Positions 31,799 through 39,875 of a stretch of 39,875 bases of DNA are shown piece by piece; the stretch's first letter is position 1; each line of letters starts with the position of its first letter. The translations under genes and the position numbers were made by a program. The notes beneath the pieces are model-generated. The model made no database searches and was not told the DNA's origin. It was given only the letters and a program-made list of their open reading frames with translations. The DNA is from a virus, in UHGV virus genome UHGV-0140636, one strand, 5' to 3'.

Positions 31799-32706
31799 GC
31801 AATATCGTTGAATTCGTTAAACAGCAGGAGCAGTTATTCTGCGGAGCATTGACTGAACAGACGGTGACATGGGCTAAGGAAAGCCAGTTTGCAATTCAGT
31901 ATTTCCAGAAAAATGATTACCTGGCTAAAACGGCACTGGCAAATCCAACCAGCGCACAGAACGCCATCATCAATGTTGCGGCGATCGGCATCACCTTAAA
32001 CCCGGCCAGCAAACTTGCTTATCTAGTTCCGCGCGACGGCATGGTGTGCCTTGATATCAGTTATATGGGATTGCTCCATATTGCAATGGAGTCTGGTGTT
32101 ATCTCATGGGGTCAGGCAAAACTTGTTCATGCTAACGATACCTATGAGTCAAACGGGCTTGATAAAGCACCAACCCATAAATACAACGCCTTCGGTGATC
32201 GTGGTGATATCGTTGGCGTTTACTGCACAGTTAAGACGCCAGCAGGTGATTATCTAACGGAAGAGATGAGTCTGGCTGAAATTGAGGCTGTAAGGAAAAC
32301 AAGCAAGGCGGCATTCAGCGATAAAGGACCATGGGTAAATCACTGGAATGAGATGGCGCGAAAGACGGTCGTAAAGCGTGCAAGCAAGTATTGGCCTAAG
32401 GCATCACGTCTTGATAGTGCTATTCACGTACTAAACGAAGAAGAAGGTGTGTGGACTGAACCAGTTATGCCGCACAAATCAGAGGAAGATATCCGCGAAG
32501 ATGAACGGAAACGCCAGCAGGAAATAACGGATAAAGCACAACTTCTTTGTGATGAAATGGCTCAGGCTGAAAACATGGATGATTTGAAGCGATATTTTGC
32601 AGAAGCATATCGCCTGACATCTGGAATGAAATTGCAGCAGAACGTACAAGCCATTTACGCAGAATGCAAAGAGAAACTGGAGGTTGCCAGTGAGCAAACT
32701 ATATGA
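31795..32706 (+). CDS. recT: RecT-family single-strand annealing recombinase
   Basis: GPWVNHWNEMARKTVVKRASKYWPKAS resembles RecT conserved region. Confidence 0.85.
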   Translation: MSNIVEFVKQQEQLFCGALTEQTVTWAKESQFAIQYFQKNDYLAKTALANPTSAQNAIINVAAIGITLNPASKLAYLVPRDGMVCLDISYMGLLHIAMESGVISWGQAKLVHANDTYESNGLDKAPTHKYNAFGDRGDIVGVYCTVKTPAGDYLTEEMSLAEIEAVRKTSKAAFSDKGPWVNHWNEMARKTVVKRASKYWPKASRLDSAIHVLNEEEGVWTEPVMPHKSEEDIREDERKRQQEITDKAQLLCDEMAQAENMDDLKRYFAEAYRLTSGMKLQQNVQAIYAECKEKLEVASEQTI

Positions 32707-33172
32707 AATTGCCAATGAATACGCAAAATTGATGGATTCAGATTTAGAGCCAGAGATGATTGCTGACACAATAGAAGGCATGGAAGGAGAATTTACCGAT
32801 AAAATAGAGCAACTTCTTGCCATTATTAAAAATGAATCTGGTTATGCTGAACGCCTCAAGGAAGAGGCAAAGTCACTGAATGAACGAGCTGCAGTAATTC
32901 AAAATAAGATTGACAGCATTATGGCGTATATAGCGTCATCGCTTGAAATGGTTGGCAAGAAAAAGATTCGAGCAGGTATTCACCAGGTAACAATCCGCAA
33001 ACCGTCAGAAACTGTAGAAATCATCGACTCAAGCGCCCTTCCTCCTGAATACGTTGAGTTTGAAACGACAATTAAAGCCGACAAACTGGCAATCAAACAC
33101 CAACTAAAAGCAGGAATAAATATCCCCGGCGCTCAACTCAAAGTTGGGAAACCTTCACTTCTTATCAAATAA
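32690..33172 (+). CDS. Hypothetical protein (Gp157-like, often next to recT)
   Basis: GTG start with GGAGG upstream; alternative ATG at 32732. Confidence 0.5.
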   Translation: MSKLYEIANEYAKLMDSDLEPEMIADTIEGMEGEFTDKIEQLLAIIKNESGYAERLKEEAKSLNERAAVIQNKIDSIMAYIASSLEMVGKKKIRAGIHQVTIRKPSETVEIIDSSALPPEYVEFETTIKADKLAIKHQLKAGINIPGAQLKVGKPSLLIK

Positions 33173-33183
33173 CGGTATCGCCT

Positions 33184-33498
33184 ATGAAAAAGACTCCATG
33201 GGAGAAATGGGAAGTCGATTTCTTGCGCGAAGTAGCGGCGACAATGCCAGTTGAAGTTATCGCTGAAAAACTGGAAAGGACTGAGAAAGCAGTAATGGCG
33301 AAAGCAACAAGGATTGGCGCTGACATTGTTAGCCGACTTCGTGGAAGACGATGGACAAGAGCCGAAGTATCACTTTTCGGTAAGTTCTCCGCAGAAGAAA
33401 TAGCAATTGCAACCTGCCGCTCAATTTATTCGGTAAGAGCTATGCGATACAAGCTAAAAAAACTCGATGAAAAAAGAGCAGGCATACAAATAAATTAA
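33184..33498 (+). CDS. Hypothetical protein with internal duplicated helix motif
   Basis: 104 aa ORF. Confidence 0.5.
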   Translation: MKKTPWEKWEVDFLREVAATMPVEVIAEKLERTEKAVMAKATRIGADIVSRLRGRRWTRAEVSLFGKFSAEEIAIATCRSIYSVRAMRYKLKKLDEKRAGIQIN

Positions 33499-33514
33499 CA
33501 TGGAGTAATTAACA

Positions 33515-33796
33515 ATGAAGCTAAACATCGACCTCGGAAAATACGTTATTACCGGAACCAAACACGATCTGATTCTTAGCGAAAGAGGAATTATCAAAGA
33601 AGGTGAGAATGCAGGGAAAGAAACACTAAGCCGTATCGGTTATTACAGCAAGTTTGAGCATCTGGTTAAAGAGTTATGCAACCGTGAAATTCTGTTATCT
33701 CAGGCGCGGACGCTACAGGATATTCAGCAGCATATCGAGACTTTAGGTGTGTCACTTAGCATGGCCGTTGACCAGTTCGTGGAGAGTAAATCATGA
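33515..33796 (+). CDS. Hypothetical protein
   Basis: 93 aa ORF. Confidence 0.5.
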   Translation: MKLNIDLGKYVITGTKHDLILSERGIIKEGENAGKETLSRIGYYSKFEHLVKELCNREILLSQARTLQDIQQHIETLGVSLSMAVDQFVESKS

Positions 33797-33957
33797 GAGG
33801 ACTTGCATACAATCCCGGCATTCTTCCGGCAGAAATGATTATTCGCCAACGCGTAAAACCAATGCCATCGAGAGAGGAATTGCTTAAGAGAAATTCTTTT
33901 CCATCAGTGAATCAAAACAAATATCTGAATGCGATGTGGCGGAGTGGGAAGAAATGA
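33793..33957 (+). CDS. Small hypothetical protein (54 aa)
   Basis: ATGA overlaps with flanking ORFs. Confidence 0.35.
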   Translation: MRGLAYNPGILPAEMIIRQRVKPMPSREELLKRNSFPSVNQNKYLNAMWRSGKK

Positions 33958-34511
33958 AACAAATGTCACTAATTGAGATGGATGGTTTTCTGAAAGGTAA
34001 ATGCATCCCAAGTGATTTAAAGGTTGACGAAACAAACGCTGAATATCTTGTCCGTAAGTTCGGTGAGCTTGAATCAAAACTAGAAACGGCGTTGCGGGAG
34101 TGTCGTTCTGCTGGAATCACGATTGATAACCTTGAGGCTAAATGCGCGAAGATGGCTGCTGAAAATTCCTCGCTTAAGCAATCTGAGAAGGAATTTAATG
34201 ACTTTTGTCGTGAGGAGTTTAGCGAATGGGAAGATGATATTACTGAAACCCCAGCCACCGATGCTTTTCTGGCTGAAGGGAAGACTGAAGCACGCAAGGA
34301 GGGAGCTTACTTTGTGGCGAACAGAATGCTGGCTGCCTGGGAAGCTGGTTTTATTGATGATACTGCGAAGAACGCCGCGGATATTGCCAGGATGATTCTT
34401 ACCTCTACTGAGTTTATGGCTAATGCGCCGGAAGGCGATTTTGATCGCTCATTCTCTGATGGCGTTCTCGAAGATATCGCCGAACAGCTTCGTAAAGGAG
34501 TCATCCAATGA
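33954..34511 (+). CDS. Hypothetical coiled-coil protein
   Basis: 185 aa from ATG 33954. Confidence 0.5.
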   Translation: MKQMSLIEMDGFLKGKCIPSDLKVDETNAEYLVRKFGELESKLETALRECRSAGITIDNLEAKCAKMAAENSSLKQSEKEFNDFCREEFSEWEDDITETPATDAFLAEGKTEARKEGAYFVANRMLAAWEAGFIDDTAKNAADIARMILTSTEFMANAPEGDFDRSFSDGVLEDIAEQLRKGVIQ

Positions 34512-35323
34512 GCAAGATTGACTATCAGGCACTGCGTGAAAAGGCAGAGAAAGCAACGTGTGGCGTGTGGTCGCTCGAATATGGAGAGAGCCGATTTGAT
34601 GGTGATGATGCGCTAATTCATCGTGAAGTTGCTGGATATATTCCCATTTGCAGAATTGAAGGAGCGCATCCAGAAAGCGGTTTCGATGAAGATTTCCAAA
34701 TGGAACAGCAGGCCAATGCTGAATTCATCGCCGCCGCCAATCCGGCTACTGTGCTGGCGCTTCTGGATGAACGGGAAAGAAACCAGCAATACATCAAACG
34801 CCGTGACCAGGAGAACGAGGATATTGCTCTTACGGTTGGGAAGCTGAGAGTTGAGCTTGAGGAAGTAAAACAACACGCTGAAGAATTATCCGAAACCAAG
34901 GCTGTTCGTAACCAATGGCGGCCAGATATTTGCCCAATAACCGGACGTGCATTTTTCATGTGGATTGAGCATCCAACATTGGGGAATGTGCCGACATATG
35001 GTGGCCCATTAGATAGTTACACCATTCCAACAAAGGACGGTGACGGTGAGTTTTCATGTGAGCGTTACGATCATGATTTTGGCGGTTGGGTAGAAAGCGA
35101 ATGTCTTGGGTTATATCTGATTGATGATAGAGAACAATGCAGGGTCTACGAACTGGAGGAACGCGTTAAGGAACTGGATGCTCGGGAAATATCGCTCCCG
35201 GAACGTAGCAGCATGCTTCATCGAACAGATTTTCACGATGATTACCAAACGGTAATGGCATACAAAGTTTCTGAAGTCATCGCTGCAATCCGCGCCGCTG
35301 GCATTCGCATCAAAGGAGAGTGA
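34508..35323 (+). CDS. Ead/Ea22-like protein
   Basis: 271 aa; N-terminal ATCGVWSLEYGE...ANAEFIAAANPATVLALLDE typical of Ead/Ea22-like prophage proteins. Confidence 0.6.
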   Translation: MSKIDYQALREKAEKATCGVWSLEYGESRFDGDDALIHREVAGYIPICRIEGAHPESGFDEDFQMEQQANAEFIAAANPATVLALLDERERNQQYIKRRDQENEDIALTVGKLRVELEEVKQHAEELSETKAVRNQWRPDICPITGRAFFMWIEHPTLGNVPTYGGPLDSYTIPTKDGDGEFSCERYDHDFGGWVESECLGLYLIDDREQCRVYELEERVKELDAREISLPERSSMLHRTDFHDDYQTVMAYKVSEVIAAIRAAGIRIKGE

Positions 35324-35324
35324 G

Positions 35325-36164
35325 ATGACCACTATGAACAGAGAAGAACAAAAGCAAGTTCTCATAGATACAGCTAATCACATAATCCATCGTGATAATA
35401 CTTCACCATATAGCGAAAATCTTAGGGAACTGGCACGAATTGCACTGGCATCGCTGGAAGCAGAGCCTGTTCTGTATCAGTCCTGCACTCGCCCCACCTG
35501 GAATAGCGGTGTTCCGTGGACGGAATGGAAAGAACGAAGTCGTGATTGCTACGAAGACGATTTGCGCTTTACAGACACGCCTGACCATGCCGGTTGGATA
35601 TACAAATGTCGAAAACTATATACCACTCCGCCAGCGCCGATAGCGTTAGAGGCCATTGAAAACGCAATTGAATACATCCGCAGTATCGCTTTTCACATCG
35701 ATGAAGACGATTACCACGGCAAGCATATTGCGTATTTCATGCGACAAGCACTGGCCTGGCTGGAAGGGCATTCATGCAGCGACGACAGACTGGGTAAAGC
35801 CGAGAATCAAACAGTATACGGCAACCTGGCTGTCGAATCCAATCGCGGTAATGAGTGGACCGGCAATCCTGATATTGATAACGCAATCATCATGCTCGAC
35901 CGCATAGATACGCTGGAAAGTTGCGATGATGACCGTATTGATGCGATTAAGGCTGTTTTGCGTAGACTGGCTGGCAACTATCCGGTAACTCCGGATGGTT
36001 GGGTTATGGTGCCGAAGGAGTTAACACCGGAAATGATGAGAGCCGTTCAGATTAGAAGTGAGCTTGGAGGGTATGCCACTTCCAATCTATCTGGTGCATA
36101 CAATATGTTTTCTGAGTTCTGGAATGTTGCTGTCTCAGCTGCGCCTAAGGTGGGTGATTTATGA
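35325..36164 (+). CDS. Hypothetical protein
   Basis: 279 aa ORF. Confidence 0.5.
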   Translation: MTTMNREEQKQVLIDTANHIIHRDNTSPYSENLRELARIALASLEAEPVLYQSCTRPTWNSGVPWTEWKERSRDCYEDDLRFTDTPDHAGWIYKCRKLYTTPPAPIALEAIENAIEYIRSIAFHIDEDDYHGKHIAYFMRQALAWLEGHSCSDDRLGKAENQTVYGNLAVESNRGNEWTGNPDIDNAIIMLDRIDTLESCDDDRIDAIKAVLRRLAGNYPVTPDGWVMVPKELTPEMMRAVQIRSELGGYATSNLSGAYNMFSEFWNVAVSAAPKVGDL

Positions 36165-36463
36165 ATCTATATCGCTGCCCATTCTGTGGTTCCACTGTGC
36201 TTAACATCGGATACTCATTCAGTATCAGAGGGAAAATGCGCTATGTGTCATGCAAATGTGGTGCCCAAGGACCAGAAAAACGAACTAGATCTGAAGCGAT
36301 TTCTTCATGGAATAGTCGAATGAAAGTATGGGTTTATGATCCAGAAACAATATTAAACGTTGAAGAGCGCAGGAGAACAGAAGTCTATATTCATAACCTT
36401 AATGAAGATGGATTTACACCAGTGCTTGTAAAAGCTACTCCGCAGGAGGTTAACCGTGGCTAA
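36161..36463 (+). CDS. Lar-family restriction alleviation-like Zn-ribbon protein
   Basis: MNLYRCPFCGS...CKCGAQGP motif. Confidence 0.5.
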   Translation: MNLYRCPFCGSTVLNIGYSFSIRGKMRYVSCKCGAQGPEKRTRSEAISSWNSRMKVWVYDPETILNVEERRRTEVYIHNLNEDGFTPVLVKATPQEVNRG

Positions 36464-36740
36464 CCTGCAACTTGCCGTCAAAGGTGAATACTTCGATGCC
36501 ATGATTCGCGGAGAGAAAACGGAAGAGTATCGCTTGTGTAATGACTACTGGAATAAGCGAATTATGTTCCGGGAGTATGACCGCCTGATTATCACAAAGG
36601 GATATCCGAAGCGCGACGATTCCAGCCGAAGAATTGATGTTCCGTATGACGGATATGAAATCAAGATAATCACGCATCCGCACTTCGGTGATAAACCGGT
36701 AAAGGTGTTCGCGATAAAGGTAAATATCGGCAATGAATAA
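36456..36740 (+). CDS. ASCH-domain-like protein
   Basis: 94 aa. Confidence 0.45.
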   Translation: MANLQLAVKGEYFDAMIRGEKTEEYRLCNDYWNKRIMFREYDRLIITKGYPKRDDSSRRIDVPYDGYEIKIITHPHFGDKPVKVFAIKVNIGNE

Positions 36741-36813
36741 CAATCCTCGCACTCGCGGGGATTTCTTTTATCTGAACTCGCTACTGCGAGTTTTGTTTTA
36801 TGGAGATGATAAA

Positions 36814-36981
36814 TGCACTTCCGAGTTACAGGTGAATGGAATGGAGAACCATTCAACAGAGTTATCGAAGCAGAGAACATCAATGACTGCTATGACCACT
36901 GGATGCTGTGGGCGCAGATAGCACATGCAGACGTAACCAATATTCGAATTGAAGAACTGAAAGAACATCAAGCCGCCTGAT
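36814..36981 (+). CDS. Small hypothetical protein (55 aa)
   Basis: GGAG RBS, followed by terminator. Confidence 0.4.
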
Positions 36982-36987
36982 GGCGGT
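36961..36987 (+). terminator. Intrinsic terminator
   Basis: CCGCC-TGAT-GGCGG followed by TTTTTTATT. Confidence 0.7.
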
Positions 36988-37037
36988 TTTTTATTGCCTG
37001 ATTTGCAGGTTCGATTCCCTATTCGGAGATAGCACTC

Positions 37038-37238
37038 ATGCAACACGAACTACAACCTGATTCACTGGTTGATTTGAAATTCATCATGGCCGATACTGGC
37101 TTCGGTAAAACCTTCATCTATGACCGGATTAAGTCCGGCGACCTGCCTAAAGCCAAAGTTATCCACGGGCGAGCAAGATGGTTATATCGTGACCATTGTG
37201 AATTCAAAAATAAGCTCTTAAGCCGCGCCAATGGGTAA
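37038..37238 (+). CDS. xis: Excisionase / recombination directionality factor (TorI/AlpA-like)
   Basis: 66 aa MQHELQPDSLVDLKFIMADTGFGKTFIYDRIKSGDLPKAKVIHGRARWLY, helix-turn-helix; matches E. coli TorI as recalled. Confidence 0.75.
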   Translation: MQHELQPDSLVDLKFIMADTGFGKTFIYDRIKSGDLPKAKVIHGRARWLYRDHCEFKNKLLSRANG

Positions 37239-37487
37239 AATAGCGGGTAAAATATTTCTCACACCTAAAAAACACCATTCCAATCAATCCCCTGCCGCTT
37301 CAAGTAGATGTCTGCAGGGGACACCATTTATCAGTTCGCTCCCATCCGTACCAGTCCGCAAAATCCCCTGAATATCAAGCCTTCCGTAGATTCACAGTTC
37401 GTAATGGTTCGCGTCAGATCGTTGACAGCCGCACTCCATGACGGGTAAAAAGTGGATAAAATAATTTTACCCACCGGATTTTTACCC
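37233..37487. other. attP: attP region: core matching tRNA-Arg 3' end (37312-37326) flanked by GGGTAAAA/TTTTACCC arm-type repeats
   Basis: CTGCAGGGGACACCA equals the 3' end incl. CCA of argW as recalled; 8-mer repeats at 37233, 37246, 37443, 37466, 37480. Confidence 0.6.
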
Positions 37488-38645
37488 ATGCTCACCGTTA
37501 AGCAGATTGAAGCAGCAAAGCCGAAAGAAAAACCATACCGCCTTCTCGATGGTAATGGCCTGTACCTTTATGTTCCTGTATCCGGGAAAAAGGTATGGCA
37601 GCTTCGCTACAAGATTGACGGTAAGGAGAAAATCCTGACCGTCGGAAAATATCCGCTTATGACTTTGCAGGAGGCAAGAGATAAAGCATGGACCGCGAGG
37701 AAAGACATCTCGGTTGGCATCGATCCGGTAAAAGCGAAAAAGGCTTCGTCTAACAACAATTCCTTTAGTGCGATTTACAAGGAATGGTACGAGCACAAGA
37801 AGCAAGTCTGGTCAGTAGGGTATGCGACTGAACTTGCAAAAATGTTTGATGACGACATTTTACCTATCATCGGCGGCCTTGAAATTCAGGATATTGAGCC
37901 GATGCAACTGCTGGAAGTAATCCGTAGATTTGAAGATCGCGGTGCAATGGAGCGAGCCAACAAAGCCCGCAGAAGATGCGGCGAGGTTTTCCGTTACGCT
38001 ATTGTCACTGGTAGGGCTAAATATAACCCGGCACCTGACCTTGCTGACGCCATGAAGGGATACCGCAAGAAGAACTTCCCATTTTTACCTGCCGACCAGA
38101 TCCCGGCATTCAACAAAGCACTTGCAACATTTTCAGGAAGTATCGTATCGCTCATTGCGACCAAAGTTTTACGCTACACAGCCCTAAGAACAAAAGAGCT
38201 TCGTTCCATGCTATGGAAGAACGTCGATTTTGAAAACAGGATTATCACCATCGACGCCAGTGTGATGAAGGGACGCAAAATTCATGTTGTCCCGATGTCA
38301 GACCAGGTGGTTGAACTTCTCACTACACTAAGCTCAATCACTAAACCAGTATCAGAGTTTGTTTTTTCCGGGCGCAACGATAAGAAGAAGCCAATCTGCG
38401 AGAACGCGGTGCTACTTGTGATCAAACAAATCGGCTATGAAGGTCTGGAAAGCGGTCACGGATTCAGGCATGAATTCAGCACGATTATGAACGAGCACGA
38501 ATGGCCTGCCGACGCCATTGAAGTGCAACTGGCACATGCCAACGGCGGATCTGTACGTGGAATTTACAACCATGCTCAGTATCTCGATAAGCGCAGAGAA
38601 ATGATGCAATGGTGGGCGGACTGGCTTGATGAAAAGGTAGAGTGA
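37488..38645 (+). CDS. int: Tyrosine integrase, P4/IntS type
   Basis: N-terminal arm-binding-like domain MLTVKQIEAAKPKEKPYRLLDGNGLYLYVPVSGKKVWQLRY; C-terminal catalytic HxxR...Y region; alternative upstream ATG 37452 lies within repeat region. Confidence 0.85.
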   Translation: MLTVKQIEAAKPKEKPYRLLDGNGLYLYVPVSGKKVWQLRYKIDGKEKILTVGKYPLMTLQEARDKAWTARKDISVGIDPVKAKKASSNNNSFSAIYKEWYEHKKQVWSVGYATELAKMFDDDILPIIGGLEIQDIEPMQLLEVIRRFEDRGAMERANKARRRCGEVFRYAIVTGRAKYNPAPDLADAMKGYRKKNFPFLPADQIPAFNKALATFSGSIVSLIATKVLRYTALRTKELRSMLWKNVDFENRIITIDASVMKGRKIHVVPMSDQVVELLTTLSSITKPVSEFVFSGRNDKKKPICENAVLLVIKQIGYEGLESGHGFRHEFSTIMNEHEWPADAIEVQLAHANGGSVRGIYNHAQYLDKRREMMQWWADWLDEKVE

Positions 38646-38798
38646 GCGACCTTAAACTATCGAATAGCACAAAGTCTTGCAATCCAGTGCAAAGCTTTGT
38701 GCGCCTCAGTTTTGTCTAAGCATTCTACTGAAAACATAGTAAAATCGGTAACGGCTGGAAATCATTCAATACTCGCACTATCGGAAGTTCACCAGCCA

Positions 38799-38840
38799 GC
38801 CGCAGTATTCTGCCATGACAAGTTGCTGCGGCTTTTATGT
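38799..38840 (+). terminator. Candidate terminator downstream of int
   Basis: GCCGCAG...CTGCGGC stem with large loop followed by TTTTAT. Confidence 0.4.
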
Positions 38841-39134
38841 TGAACGGATCAACAGCCAGACCAGCAGACACGCCACCACTGGCACAGAAAAATCCATAAG
38901 GCTTGCCAAATCCCACACGCGCGGATCAAAACCGCCCCACCACGGCATATTCATACGCTTGCCATGTCCGAACATTTCAATCCAGCGATATTCTGCCTGG
39001 GTGTGTTCACGCGCAATGAAGAACGTACAACCGGCTATCGCTCCGTAAGCCCAGTTCCCGGTAAAAAGACCAATCAGTAGCTGCGCAGCCACAGCACAAA
39101 GTGCATGAAGTAAGGGTGTTATATCCATTTTCAT
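38835..39134 (-). CDS. Small hydrophobic membrane protein, unknown function
   Basis: About 97-100 aa, two or three hydrophobic segments; start ATG 39134 or 39128 (AGGA upstream of the latter). Confidence 0.5.
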   Translation of the reverse strand: MKMDITPLLHALCAVAAQLLIGLFTGNWAYGAIAGCTFFIAREHTQAEYRWIEMFGHGKRMNMPWWGGFDPRVWDLASLMDFSVPVVACLLVWLLIRST

Positions 39135-39170
39135 CCTACCCAATAAAACGGGGCGCTCGGCCCCTTAATA

Positions 39171-39350
39171 TTATTTAGACGCAAGCGCCGCCTCAATTGC
39201 AGATAACATTTGTCTTAATTCTGCGTTTTCTTCTTCCAGTGCTGTTATTCTGTCGTCTGACTCTCTGGCTACCTGAACAAGCAAGCCAGTAACACCAGAA
39301 TAATCTACAGTGTAATACCGTTCACCTTCTTTACCTAAAGGATGACAAAA
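39171..39350 (-). pseudogene. Orphan 3' gene fragment without start codon
   Basis: 59 codons ending ...YTVDYSGVTGLLVQVARESDDRITALEEENAELRQMLSAIEAALASK, preceded by in-frame stop; followed by hairpin GGGGC-CGAGC-GCCCC plus GTTTTATT on the minus strand. Confidence 0.35.
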
Positions 39351-39711
39351 TCACATAAATAATTTAAAAATCATAGCATTAGATTACTTAATGATTAAAT
39401 AATAGACTGCAAAACGCGACAAAACACAACATATCCAGTCACTATGAATCAACTACTTAGATGGTATTAGTGACCTGAGACAGAGCATTAGCGCAAGGTG
39501 ATTTTTTGTCCTCTTGCGCTAATTTTTTGCCACACAACAGTCACATCTTCAAAAAATATGCAAAGCTTAGGGTTAATCGGCGGATGATTTTTGTCCATTC
39601 ATTTTGCGCGGGTAAGTTATGTGGTGGGTTATCGGCATCCTTTCCGTGGTTGTCATCGTGGCGACGCTTGTCGTTAGGTCACTTCTGCAGGATATTGATA
39701 ATGACTATTAG

Positions 39712-39875
39712 CCATAAGTGGTTTCAACGCTTTGGGTAATGTAGTAGGCCACCCAGTTACCTGACTCATTAAATCTGTAAGCACAATTCAAACGAATCGG
39801 ACCGATATTATTGAATGTGCTGAGCGTTGTCCCACCAATACCATTTTTAACCAAAACTGTTGGGTTAGCAGATGA
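39712..39875 (-). CDS. 3' end of a minus-strand ORF running off the window end (possibly tailspike C-terminus if the genome is circular here)
   Basis: 54 stop-free codons ending ...NESGNWVAYYITQSVETTYG; same codon phase (mod 3) as the tailspike at window start; weak support. Confidence 0.3.

Larger units (their letters stand above)
1..39875. mobile_element. P22-like temperate phage genome, mosaic with lambda-type late and cII modules; attP form
   Basis: Syntenic P22 gene order from gene 3 to gene 9, immC and immI regions, int/xis, all recognised from translations. Confidence 0.9.

Noticed and set aside
36992-37326. tRNA gene
   Set aside because: Only two separated 3' fragments (T-arm-like and acceptor/CCA) are present; no D-arm or anticodon arm, so this is an att core not a tRNA gene
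39506-39739. 77 aa plus-strand ORF at the window edge
   Set aside because: Conflicts with minus-strand ORF end and hairpin; only the short hydrophobic 39619-39711 portion might be real and even that is unsupported
38646-39875. gtrABC or oac O-antigen modification genes
   Set aside because: No ORFs of the right size, orientation or hydrophobicity pattern in the slot after int

Overview
This window is a nearly complete genome of a P22-like (lambdoid, short-tailed) temperate phage, apparently in the unintegrated attP configuration: xis and int are adjacent and flank a tRNA-Arg 3'-end core. All calls are from reading the six-frame translations and DNA motifs and comparing them with protein and site sequences recalled from memory; no database search was run. 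Minus strand, right to left: cro, lambda-type cII, O-like initiator with internal ori iterons, DnaB-like helicase, nin region (ninB/E/F, antirepressor, YbcO-like, rusA, ninH), lambda-type Q, pR'/6S/tR', lambda S-R-Rz/Rz1 lysis cassette, a Rha island, then the P22-type morphogenetic block (gp3, 2, 1, 8, 5, 4, 10, 26, 14, 7, 20, 16), the immI region (mnt, arc, ant) and the 5' 635 codons of the tailspike. Plus strand: P22-type c2 repressor, PL with nutL, phage-21-like N, ral, cIII, kil, recT, accessory genes (Ead/Ea22-like, Lar-like, ASCH), TorI-like xis, attP, P4-type integrase. The best candidates for undescribed function are the accessory slots: two signal-peptide proteins co-transcribed with mnt where P22 carries sieA, the small membrane protein plus orphan gene fragment downstream of int, a repeat-containing small ORF between coat and gp4, and a three-ORF unknown cluster in the nin region. 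No CRISPR array, rRNA, intact tRNA gene or IS element was seen.
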